DNA of 63,786 bases, filler included, from Octopus bimaculoides (taxonomy: Eukaryota): NCBI RefSeq assembly GCF_001194135.2. It is 5 parts of 5 records of this genome, joined end to end, with 100 filler letters (N's around TTAATTAATTAA, not from the genome) between each part and the next. Parts side by side here need not be neighbours in the genome. Positions count along the whole stretch, not along the records: positions 28,564 to 56,370 come from NC_068991.1; positions 56,471 to 59,639 come from NC_069003.1; positions 59,740 to 62,483 come from NC_068996.1; positions 62,584 to 63,786 come from NW_026339477.1; 1 more part is not named here. The stretch is one strand, 5' to 3'. Positions within the stretch are counted from its first letter, which is position 1. Each line of letters starts with the position of its first letter. Both the position numbers and the translations under genes were made by a program. The notes under the pieces are model-generated. The model made no database searches, was not told the origin of the DNA, and saw only the letters and a list, made by a program, of their open reading frames with translations. Below, piece after piece: positions 52,524 to 63,786 of this stretch.

Positions 52524-52675
52524 TGCATAGATGTGTGTGTGTGTATGCATGTAAATATATAATGTAATAGAGACAGAGAGAAACAAGGAAGAGAATAATT
52601 GACGTGGTGATGGGGACTGCAGGGTAGTTAAGGGTGGAGTGAAAGGTAGCTTGAATATAGAATACATGGGGTTAC

Positions 52676-52767
52676 CTTTTGTATGGGGTCGGATTCCATA
52701 ATTTGCCCCAGCTGTAGGTTTTGACAGCCAGATTCTGTAGAGGTTGGTTGTCGTACAGACGGCTCAT
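52676..52767 (-). CDS. ARPIN: Arpin coding exon 1 (MSRLYDNQPLQNLAVKTYSWGKLWNPTPYK + 2 nt)
   Basis: ATG at 52767, 92 nt, donor AAAAG|gtaac, phase 2. The peptide aligns to the recalled human Arpin N-terminus MSRIYHDGALRNKAVQSVRLPGAWDP. Confidence 0.92.
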
Positions 52768-52800
52768 GATGGTCTGGACATACAGAGGAAGGGAGGAGAA
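52768..52800 (-). promoter_or_regulatory. Probable 5'UTR intron acceptor 6 nt upstream of the Arpin ATG
   Basis: Minus strand reads cctcccttcctctgtatgtccag|ACCATCATG, after a very long pyrimidine tract. Confidence 0.55.
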
Positions 52801-53295
52801 TGAGAGACGGAGTGAAAGAAGAGAATAAAAGATGAATAAGAGTGAGTGAGTGAGTGAGTGAGAGAGAGAGAGAGAGGGGGGGAAAGAAAGTGGGGAAAAT
52901 AAGTAGAGGAGAGAGTAAGACAGAAGTATGAAAGGAATAGAGAAAGAAGCGAGTAAGAAATAGAGAGGGTGAGGATAAGAACGTAAATGCGAGGGAGAGG
53001 ATAATGTTAGAGATTGAGAGAGTGGGAATGAAAATAGTTGATTGCGGGGAAGAGATGTGGGGGAAATGAGTGGAAGATGATATGTGAAAGATAAAGAAAG
53101 GATGTGAAAAATAAGTAACTGAAAGAGATATAAAAATAGACGGCGTGTGAGGGGGAGATGGAAGACTGAAGGAGGGGCTTGCTTACGAAAGGTTAGTGGC
53201 GAAGAAGTAAAATTACAAAACACTGGAGATATGGACGGTGAAGAGAGAAGGGAAGAAGCGCATGAAATATAGAGAGTAAGAAAATGCAGGGAAGA

Positions 53296-53334
<39 letters not shown>

Positions 53335-53580
53335 AGAAAGAAACGAAAGAAAACAGAAGTAGGAGGTGAAGTAGAAAGAAGGTAACAGTAAACAAGAGCG
53401 ATGAGGAGAGAAAACAAACAAATATGAAGAAGAGACGAAAGGCGCAGTGAGAGAGAGAGAGAGAGAAGGGGAAAATGTACGTAAAGAGGAGAATTAATTG
53501 GTAAAAGAAGGGTTAAGCAAAGGGTAGAGAAGAGAGAGAGAGAGAGAGGCTGTGTGGAGTGAATGTCAGTCGAAGGCAAT
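52785..53580. repeat. About 800-bp purine-rich (GA) low-complexity tract
   Basis: Direct reading; a pyrimidine tract on the Arpin sense strand. Confidence 0.9.
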
Positions 53581-54199
53581 TAAAACATGAAGGGAAGTAA
53601 CTCTGACCGACAGTGAAGGGCAATGGGTGGAGTATGAGAAATATGGGTGGTAGGAGGATTGGTGTTGGAATAATTAAGAATTGTTGCACAAAAGTGTTTG
53701 TCTCTTGTCAAACTAATATTGTCGTTGCAAATCTATATTTATTGTGTAACGTGCTGTCCCACGATCTGACGAGTCCTTGCAACCCCATTTACTTTAAAAG
53801 ATGGCAAATAATTTCATTGAGCGATGGCTTGCTTATCACATCAACTAATGCTGTTATAGGTGTTGTCTGTGACGAGAAATGTTATTAGTAAAGAGGCTGC
53901 TTAAAATAGTAGTATGTAGCTGTAGCAGTAATTGTTCTAATAGTCCTAGTCATGTGGGTGTAATTTGTCTAAACGGTGGGTAATTAACTAAAAGTAATAA
54001 TAATAATTATTATTATTATTAATAATAATAATAATAATACAGGTCAGAAACTAACTGTATGCCGTATATTGCTGCTTTATGTGGTCAAGTTGACGGATGA
54101 CTGATAGTGGCTTCCTTTATAAGCGCTGTGTGTATTTGCCATGGAATTTTTGTACAAGAACACAAAAGTGGTTTTCCGTACAATTTGCCACTCCTGTGT

Positions 54200-54580
54200 G
54201 AAGACCGGAAAAGAACCGGAACAATTACTACGAGGTGTTTTGTCTAAACTCTAAAAATATCGTCAATGCACCACTGTGGACGTGATTTCGATTTCCAGGC
54301 TGGTGATGCGTAGTTATTCAGTGGGTAAAACACTTTATTTCAAGTTGCTTCAGTCCACTCAGCTGCAACGAACTGGAACCCTGTTCAGGGGGAATATTGT
54401 GACCTTGCTCAATTATACGCTATATGGACGGGGTAACGGCCGACGGGTCTTAGCACCGGAGACATCGATGTCCAGGGTTGATGTTGATGATGTTGAAGAT
54501 AATGAAGGATGAGACACAAAACTGACGTAACCGGAATTGGAACCTAAAAAAACCCGGAACACCTACCGTATGGCGTTTCG
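54200..54580. promoter_or_regulatory. TATA-less promoter-like region upstream of Arpin
   Basis: Four CCGGAA ETS cores (about 54205, 54216, 54531, 54554). A CRE-like TGACGTAA (54523-54530) abuts one ETS core. CpGs are retained locally. Confidence 0.45.
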
Positions 54581-55393
54581 TTCGATATTATAACCATATT
54601 TTACCACCTCTTTCTCCGTATCTCATATCTCATATCTCCATCCAAATAAGAATAATTTTCTTATCCAACCGTTGCTGCATTGGTAGAATCGTTAGCGCTT
54701 TATGATATTTCGTTATAGTCATTGCCATTCTAAGTTCAAATTCCACCCAGATTTCAACTTGGCCTTTAATGCTTGCACAGCCAATAATATTAAGTGCTAG
54801 GTATGGGTGAAAGTCGCGAATTGGTAGAGCCGGTAGAGCATCAAACAAGATACCTTGCGTTATTCGCTCCTGTTGTTTACATTGTAAATGCAAATCCCAC
54901 CGGAAGCAACTTTGCCTTTCATCCTACCGATGTCGATAAAATAAAGAACCAGTTCTGGCCGGAGAGCTGGCGGAATTGATAGAGCGATGGACATAAGTAC
55001 TCGGCGTTATTTGTTCATGCTCTTGACGCTATAAGTGTCCATGTAGGTGATACGAACTTGAGTATATCTAACTGACAAAATAATGTCTTCTTTGAAGGCA
55101 ACGGGAACCCATCTTTGAATTCTTCTTCCACAGAAATCTCTGATTAAGACATAATAATAGCCAAAGAAATCAATTGGAATTGCTTGTTGACTCGGTGGTA
55201 CAAAGGAGGTAGGATGGTTGCATTAAGAAGTTACCTTCGCAAACATTTTGTTCTTTTTGCTTTTCGAGTTTCACTCTTATTGCACGAAACCTTGGACAAG
55301 TTTCTTCAAGTATCTGAAGATGACCAACGTCTTGGGAATGAAATTTGACGGAAACTATGCAAATGCCAGTTTGTGTGTGTGTGTGTATGTCTG

Positions 55394-55437
<44 letters not shown>

Positions 55438-55438
<1 letters not shown>

Positions 55439-56284
55439 CCACTTTCCAAGAGATGTGAGCACCAAGACAGATACAGAAGACGGGTGGCTATGGATGAGGA
55501 GGAGTGACCTGATGATAGAGACATAAGCACTTCTATGCGCAGCTGAAGAACAAGCGTTAAGGACTAACTATGTAAAATGCAGAATCGATAATACTACTGA
55601 CAGCGACAAGTGCAGAATGTGTGTTGAGAGGGATGAAATGGTAATGCACATAGTTAGCAAATGTCCGAAATTGGCAACGCGAATACAAAAGGCGACATGA
55701 TAATGGAGCAAGAATGAGCCATTGGAAGCTCTGTGGAAATCACGGCCTACAAAGAGAAAATACATGGTATGAGAAAATCCCAGGAGTCACTGAGAATGAA
55801 GATTGCAAATTCCTGTGAGATGCAGTGATTCAGTACGATCACCTGATCAGACATCGGAAACCGAACATTGTTGTAGTGAATAAAAAGGAAAGAGCATACA
55901 TGACAATTGACGTAGTTTGTCCCGGTGACAACAGGATCAAAGAGAAAGAAGAAAAACTGAATAACTATGACGATTTGAAGTGGGAAATACGAAGGTTGTG
56001 GTCAATGAGGAGAGTAGACGTGATACCAATAGTAATTGGTGCACTTTGAAGTATTAGCACTTGACTAACAACATGGCCGAAAAAGATCGGTGCAAGTGTG
56101 AACACCTACAAAAATCAGCAATGCTTGGAACTGCAAGAATTCTTCGCAGAGTTCTTGAAGCATGATCAGTAGACAAGCATGACCAGTAGACAAGCATGAC
56201 CAGTAGACAAGTGTCACCATAGTCTGCTGGCTGTGGACAGCTGACTCTTTCCATCATACCCAGACAAATAAGCTGACAGTTTTC

Positions 56285-56345
<61 letters not shown>
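55438..56345 (+). mobile_element. R4/Dong-like non-LTR retrotransposon, 5'-truncated (CCHC finger and restriction-like endonuclease), (TAA)n tail
   Basis: EEQALRTNYVKCRIDNTTDSDKCRMC...HIVSKC; HRKPNIVVVNKKE...IDVVCPGD...KYDDLK-like; LGTARILRRVLEA*. Followed by 3 x 17-bp repeat and (TAA)n. Confidence 0.88.
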
Positions 56346-56346
<1 letters not shown>

Positions 56347-56470
56347 TGTATATTATATACAAAAAACAGANNNNNNNNNNNNNNNNNNNNNNNNNNNNNN
56401 NNNNNNNNNNNNNNTTAATTAATTAANNNNNNNNNNNNNNNNNNNNNNNNNNNNNNNNNNNNNNNNNNNN

Positions 56471-56502
<32 letters not shown>

Positions 56503-56632
56503 CAGGAAGTCAAGTAGAGTCTGGGATGTGAAAAGTTCATTACATTTGTATATGCATAAATATGTTACACATTGACTTAATACTTGTTGACTGCCTATCT
56601 ATTCTTTTGTTCTGTTGTGTGCATACATATTA

Positions 56633-56670
<38 letters not shown>

Positions 56671-57305
56671 AGCAGAAGCAACAGAGTGACTCAAGGGCTG
56701 AGAGTTTTGTGCATTGCACTTAAAAAACTTGTCAAGTGCCAATGCACGAAACTCTCAGCCCTTGTGAGTCGTGTTGCCTCTGCTAAATATCAATAAAAAT
56801 ATACATATAGTTATATTTTGAGTTCTATTTTTTTTCTTTGCATCACCATACCTAAATGTGTGTGTAATATATACCCTGATAATACATGCTCTGATGTTTT
56901 TAATATATATTTGTTTGATATTGTGATAATATGGGAATGTTATAAAGTTACTTTTGACCGATTAGAGCATTTATTTGTTATGCCCTTCAATTTGTTTTTC
57001 CTTTTTGTCTCAGTGTTACCTGAACACTTCCAGCTGCAGTCCTATTTTTTATTTTTCGGTTTAACAAAATTATGAAATTACCAACATACATACATACATA
57101 TATATATACTGCCTGACTGGCCCTCGTGCCAGTGGCACGTAAAAGCACCCACTACACTCTCGGAGTGGTTGGCGTTAGGAAGGTCATCCAGCTGTAAAAA
57201 CTCTGCCAAATCAGATTGGAGCCTGGTGTAGCTATCTGGTTCACCAGTCCTCAGTCAAATCATCCAACCCATGCTAGCTTGGAAAGCAGATGTTAAACGA
57301 TGATG

Positions 57306-57417
<112 letters not shown>

Positions 57418-57834
57418 ATACACACACACACATATATGTAAAGCAAATTTTTGTCAGCTTAGTGATTTTGTTATATAAACAGTGAATCATTAGCCATAGC
57501 AACACCTCCGTTAACATTATGTTGTTACAGGTTGAAACCCACTAATCTGGGTTTTGCTTGTCTGACAGGTTGAAGAATAGACACTGGTACTTTTGAAGGA
57601 AACCAAGACTGCACAAATGCTGCTTTGCAAACTACATGACATGGTTTTTCAATGACTTCAACAATGTATGGTTCTGATGTATAGACACATAATTTTTCAT
57701 ATATTTAAAAAAAAATTCATTTGTGGATCCACCAGGCTTCTGCTGATGGTATATTTTACTATTGGATATAAATTGCAGGTACTAAACTTCATAATTTAAA
57801 CTTTTAAAAAAATTGCCTTTTATATATGTATATA

Positions 57835-58190
57835 TTCTTTCTTTTACTTGTTTCAGTCATTTGACTGTGACTATACTGGAGCACCACCTTTAGTCAAATA
57901 AATCAACCATCAGACTTATTCTTTGCAAGCCTAGTACTTATTCTATTGTCCTCTTTTGCTGAACTGTTAAGTTACAGAGATGTAAACACATCAACATCAG
58001 TTGTCAAGCGATGGAGGGGGGGACAAACATAGACACACAAATACACAACACACACACATATATATATAAAACAGCTTGTTACAGTTTTCCATCTACCAAA
58101 TCCACTCACAATGCTTTGGTTGGCCCAAGGCTATAGTAGAAGACACTTGCCCAAGGTGCCACACAGTGGGATTGAACCGTGTGGTTCGGA
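57835..58190 (-). mobile_element. SINE family A copy
   Basis: Reverse complement of the 26717 copy. Confidence 0.8.
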
Positions 58191-58210
58191 AGCAAATATA
58201 TGTGTGTGTA

Positions 58211-58241
<31 letters not shown>

Positions 58242-58257
58242 ATGTATATATATATAT

Positions 58258-59625
58258 ATCATCATCATCATCACCGTTTAACGTCCGTTTTCCATGCTGG
58301 CATGGGTTGGACGGTTTGACTGGGAACTGGCAAATCAGAAGGCTGCACCAGGCTCCAATCTGATCTGGCAATGTTTCTACAGCTGGATGCCCTTCCTAAC
58401 ACCAACCACTCTGAGAGTGTAGTGGGTGCGTTTTACGTGCCACCGGCATGGGAGCCAGTCAGGCGGCACTGGTATTGTCCATGTTTGGATGGTGCTTTTT
58501 ATGTGCCACCAGCACAGGAGCCAATCAGAGCAAGGGGGCTGGCATCGATCATGTTTGGATGGTGCTTTTTATGTGACACCAGCACGTGGAGTCAATCAGA
58601 CAGCACCGGTATCAGCCACAACTACAATTTCCATTTGATTTGATTTTGATTTACTTGACTCAATAGGTCTCCTCAAGCATGGCATGTCACCTGATGATCC
58701 AAAGATACTTTTTTAAGTGGGCTGGTTATGTGGCACTGGTGTAGGCTATGGCTGGGATCTCACTATACTTACCAGGTCTTCTCAGTCACAGCATGTCTCC
58801 AGAGGTCTCAGTCTTTTGTCATTGACTCCGTGAGGCCCAACGTTCGAAGGTCATGCTTCACCACCTCATCCCATGTCTTCCTGGGTCCCCCTCTCCCATG
58901 GGCTCCTTCCACTGTTTGGGAATGACACTTCTTCACACAGCACTCTACATCCATACATAGCCAATGGCCATACCAGTGCAGTTGTCTCTCTTGCACACCA
59001 ACATTATTCTCACGGTGCTTACACTCTGTCATGTGTGCGAATCATACATCCAGCGAATCATACTAGCTTCATTTCTTTCGAGCCTACGCATGTCTTCAGC
59101 AGTCACGGCTCATGTTTCACTGCTGTGAAGCATGGCAGTTCGCACAAATGCTTCGTACAATCTACCTTTCACTCTGAGTGAGAGGCCTTTGTCACCAGTA
59201 GAGGTAGGAGCTTTCTGAACTTTGCCCAGGCTATTCTTATTCTAGTGGCAATGCTCTCTGAGTATCCACCCTCATTACTGACTTGGTCTCCTAGGTAGCG
59301 GAAGCTATCAACTACTTCTAGTTTCTCCACCTGGCATGTGATAGAATCAGTTTTCTGAGCAACTGCAGTGTTTATTGCTCCTGAGCATCTGCCACATACA
59401 AAAACTATCTTCCTAGTTGGCCTTCCTTTGATATTGCTGCACCTCTTATGTGTCCATAGCTTACACTGGGTACATCTTATGGAGTTTCTACCTACACCTT
59501 TTCCACAAATTAAGCCGGGCCATCTATCTGAAGGGGTTTGTGATGTGTTCGCCTTCTTACTTACTAGGACTTTGGTTTTTGCAACATTGACTCTAAGGCC
59601 CTTTAATTCTAAACCTTGCTTCATC
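58258..59625 (-). mobile_element. RTE-clade LINE, 3' part (RT end with PHD-like finger, C-terminus, 3'UTR, (GAT)n tail)
   Basis: GLRVNVAKTKVL...LEVVDSFRYLGD...RIRIAWAKFRKLLPLL; after a frameshift RVKGRLYEAFVRTAMLHSSET; then LHWYGH...GRGGPRKTWDEVVKHDL. Stops and frameshifts present. Confidence 0.9.
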
Positions 59626-59739
59626 ATCATCATCATCATNNNNNNNNNNNNNNNNNNNNNNNNNNNNNNNNNNNNNNNNNNNNTTAATTAATTAANNNNN
59701 NNNNNNNNNNNNNNNNNNNNNNNNNNNNNNNNNNNNNNN

Positions 59740-59919
59740 GCGAAAGGCTTGGTTGGAGGACCAACCTTCTAAGTTCTTTTACAGGGCTTAGAAAAACTGA
59801 AGGACCGCTGCAATAAGTGTGTGAATCAGAGAGAGGAATATGTCGAACGAAATCATAATTAACTGATACTCCTGTATTTCTTTTACCCAAAGCCAGCAAC
59901 TTTTCAGCACCCACTCGTA
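59740..59919 (+). mobile_element. Mariner transposon 3' end
   Basis: KAWLEDQPSKFFTG/KLKDRCNKCVNQREEYVE (one frameshift), then TIR-like ...cagcacccactcg|TA. Confidence 0.75.
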
Positions 59920-59997
59920 CGTATTTTCGAAGAGCATTGCTCTCATGGTTGTAAGATTATAGGTTCGGTTCCGAGAACTGGCAGCTGACTGCGTCCT

Positions 59998-59998
59998 T

Positions 59999-60054
<56 letters not shown>

Positions 60055-60968
60055 AGGAAAGTAAGAAAGAAAGAAACAAACAAACAAACAAATAAACAAA
60101 CAAACAAACAAACAAGAGACAAAAAAGGAAAAGAGAGAAGACAAAAATGGAAGAAAATGTAAGTGAATGAGAGGGAAAGGATAGGAAAGGAAAAGAAATA
60201 AAGGAAGAAAGAAAAGTAACAAATAGGGAAGAAAGAGAGAGACACTGGAAGGAAAGCGAGCGACAAAGAAATAGAAAAATGTAACAGGGAGAAAGAGAGG
60301 AATAAAAGAAACAAGGAAAGAGAGAAAGAGATAAGGAAAGAAGAGGATGAGGGTGAGAAAGTGAGAGAAATCATGAGGAGAATGAGAAAGTGAAGGGAAG
60401 AGACAAAGAAAATGTGAAAGAGAGAAAGCAGAAATGACGAGAAGGCGGTGGTGGGAGGAAAAGAAAAACAAAATGATATGAGAAAGTAAATGAAAGAAAG
60501 GAATGAAAATTTGGAATGAGACTGAAAGAGGAGATAGAGAAAAACACCGATTGGTTAACCGTTAGATAGGGAAACAGAAAGACAAACAAGCAGAGGGACA
60601 GACAGACAGATAGACATACAGACAGACAGATAGACATACAGAAAGACAGGTAGGTAACGAGCTGGCAGAAACGTTAGCATACCGGGCGAAATGCTTAGCG
60701 GCATTTCGTCTATTTTTACGTTCTGAGTTCAAATTCCGCCGAGGTTGACTTTGCCTTTCATCCTTTTGGGGTCGATAAATTAAGCACCATTTACGCACTG
60801 GGGTCGATGTAATCAACTTAATCTGTTTGTCTGTCCTTGTTTGTCCCCTCTATGTTTAGCCCCTTGTGGGCAATAAAGAAATAAGACAGACAGAAAGACG
60901 GACGGATAGACGGACGGATAGTCGGACGGCCGGCCGGACAGACAGACAAATAGATGAGCTGGTGAATG

Positions 60969-61006
<38 letters not shown>

Positions 61007-61380
61007 CAGGCAAACAGGTAGGCAGACAGACCGACCGACAGATAGACAGATGGATGGATGGATGGATGGATGGATTGATAGACAGAGAGACAGGCAAGCA
61101 GATAGACAGACAGACAGATAGCTAGATACATAGACTAACGCGTTAATAGACACACTCACTAACTGATGTAGAGACGCAGAAACAGAAACTTTATGGGGGT
61201 GGGGGTGAGGAGGAAGAAGAGAACGAAGAAAAGAAAACAAAACAAAACAAAAAAAGAAAAGAACGAAGAAAAGAGAAGAAGAAAAAAAAACGAAGAAGAG
61301 AACGAATAGAGAGGAGGAGAATGGAATGAAAGAAAGAAGAAAATGAAGAGAAGGAAGCGATGAAATGAGTAAATCAATAA
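59998..61380. repeat. Compound tetranucleotide and purine-rich low-complexity region interrupted by a SINE
   Basis: (AAAG)n, (AAAC)n, (GACA)n, (GATT)n, (GATG)n. Confidence 0.9.
60652..60885 (+). mobile_element. SINE family B (core GTCGACTTTGCCTTTCATCCTTTCGGGGTCGATAAA)
   Basis: B-box GAGTTCAAATTCC. More than 15 copies in the window, e.g. 4020, 10960(-), 18953(-), 22200(-), 26425(-), 62180. Confidence 0.85.
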
Positions 61381-62358
61381 ATGAACAGCGAAGAATTATT
61401 GGCAATTTCCAATGCCATTACCCTTCGCTTCTATATCCATTATCATCACATGAGTTCTTGGTTCTTTCAGTACGTACTTCCCAGCACTAAATTTCCCCTT
61501 CATACTCGTCCCCTCTTCCCAGCAACACCACCGTTTATGTTGAATTACCACTGATGACTGATGTTTATTTTAACCAACAATTTTTTTTTTTTCGTTTTAT
61601 TCATTTCTTTTTTCCTGCTTTTGTTTTTTGTTTTTTGTTTTCTTCATCTCACTTTAATATTTTCTATTCAATTATCATACGTACACTTGTGATAGCGTAT
61701 AAATGTGTGCATGTTTGTGTATGTATGTATGTANNNNNNNNNNNNNNNNNNNNNNNNNNNNNNNNNNNNNNNNNNNNNNNNNNNNNNNNNNNNNNNNNNN
61801 NNNNNNNNNNNNNNNNNNNNNNNNNNNNNNNNNTAGCCCCAGGAGAACATCTCCTCCAGCTGGCTTATCGACACATATCTGTAGCAAAAGTACTCAATAC
61901 ACAAGGCAGAATTCAAAACTGCTCGTTTTTAATTTAGGTACAAGACTAACAAGTTTGGAAGAAATTATTTAACCGATATCTATAGCACTTCTTCGCATAC
62001 TTGATTTCAAGTTTATTTCTCTTGACACCTGTAAGATGAAAGGCACAGTTGACATCAATGAAATGTAAAGTTGGAATCTGAAGAGTCGTGCCAGTCATTT
62101 CGCTCGATGCACTCACGATAGTTCTATCGTTCAATCACCTTCAATAATTGCGTCTAATTTAAGAACAAGGCCGAAGGCGTCTAGCTGGCAAAATCGTTAC
62201 AGTACCGAACAAAAATGATTAGCGGCATTTCGTCCATCTTTACGTTCAGAATTCAAATTTCATCCTCTCAGTGTCAAAGAAATAAGTACCAGTTAAGCAC
62301 TGGCGTCCATGCAATTGATTAACCCCTTCCCCATAGTTTCAGGCCTTATACCTGTAGT

Positions 62359-62446
<88 letters not shown>

Positions 62447-63786
62447 CATTCAGTAGTTTTATTTTTATAACGTGCTTTCACTGNNNNNNNNNNNNNNNNN
62501 NNNNNNNNNNNNNNNNNNNNNNNNNNNTTAATTAATTAANNNNNNNNNNNNNNNNNNNNNNNNNNNNNNNNNNNNNNNNNNNNGAATATAATATATAAAT
62601 GCATAGTCACAATAACTAATAACTCACATAAAACGGTATACATAGGGAGCTCTATTAATTTTAAACAAAGGTACCTGGCACATATACATTCCTTTAAGCC
62701 AAATACAAATAATAATACAACCTCATTAGCTACATATATACAAAAACTTAATAAAAATAAAATTAATTATAAACTAGAATGGTCAATAATAGATTCTGCC
62801 ACACCATACACACATAAATCAAATAATTGCCGTTTATGCACATTAGAATCACTGAATATATTACTATATAAACTAGATAACTTAATAAATAATAGATTAG
62901 ATGCGATAACATCATGTAAACACAGGTATTATAAAACATTCAAATATTATAATAAATCTCAAAATAAGGTAAAATAAAAAACACGTGTGTATTCATATGA
63001 ACATATCTATCTATTATATAAAAAGCACACATATTTGGGTGTATATACCTATGTATATATACATATATATAGGGGTGAATATTGGATATATATGCGTGTT
63101 AAAGGGAATTCTAATGATAGCAATCTATAATACTTTCATAAAAATATTAATTAATTAAAATTAAAAATAAATGCTTAGGAATTTGAACTTACATTCTAGT
63201 ATATTACTTCACTGAGGAGGAAAAAAAAAGAAAAAGAAAAAAAATTATGCTAAATTGAATTTGAAATGGAATCTTCTGACAAAAACTATTTATATGCAAT
63301 ATTCTGAAGTCTAGCTAAATTTAATGGTGAAATATTCGCGGTGGATGAATTTTCAAACTTTGATCGGATTTATATGATTACCAACACGTCCAACAGCAGG
63401 ATGAGTTATGCCAAGGTCTTGTATACATTTAGAAAAAAATATACCAATTTTTATACAAAAAAGTGTTTAACACTTGAAATTTCAACAAAGGATGAAAGGA
63501 ATGAACTTTACAAATTTCAGAAGGATTAATTTTACAATTTATAGGAAGGACAGTATACACTTTATTATTATTTTTAATTTTTTAATATTTCTAATGTTTT
63601 AATTAATATTATATACATACCATTGGTTCTTAATTCATCTCCGAAGAGCGGAATTACTGATAATATACTGATCTTTTGATCACATTGTAATTATAGTAAT
63701 ATCCGCGAAACGATTGTCAGATGGTTAATTCTTTAAATTTTAGACTTTACAATATTCATGCTTAATTACGCATAAATTTTTATACG

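Noticed and set aside
54569-54595. ATGGCG start near the promoter motifs
   Set aside because: The frame closes after seven codons (MAFRSIL*).

Overview
AT-rich, microsatellite- and retroposon-dense animal genomic DNA from a gapped draft assembly. The SINE and LINE-tail sequences resemble those I recall from octopus genomes, so the source is probably a coleoid cephalopod (inference, not checked by search). One protein-coding gene is reconstructed with confidence: ARPIN (Arp2/3 complex inhibitor) on the minus strand. It has six coding exons (52767-52676, 43994-43919, 42104-41972, 40977-40756, 39358-39186, 38114-38106), all with GT-AG borders and compatible phases, giving 705 nt / 234 aa ending ...GDDEWDD*. 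The rest is mobile-element debris: several tRNA-derived SINE families, RTE, R4/Dong-like and HERO-like LINE fragments, Penelope-like pieces with hammerhead ribozymes, a mariner end, a Helitron end and foldback elements. Almost all other ORFs in the track are microsatellite or N-gap artefacts. I found no demonstrably new biological system. The best leads are: (i) near-perfect long inverted repeats in ARPIN intron 1 (candidate ADAR substrates); (ii) an inverted pair of hammerheads whose ARPIN-sense copy is catalytically dead while the antisense copy keeps its core; (iii) loss of the tankyrase-binding motif and a possible alternative last exon in ARPIN; (iv) RFX X-boxes and orphan exon candidates that hint at a second, unidentified gene.
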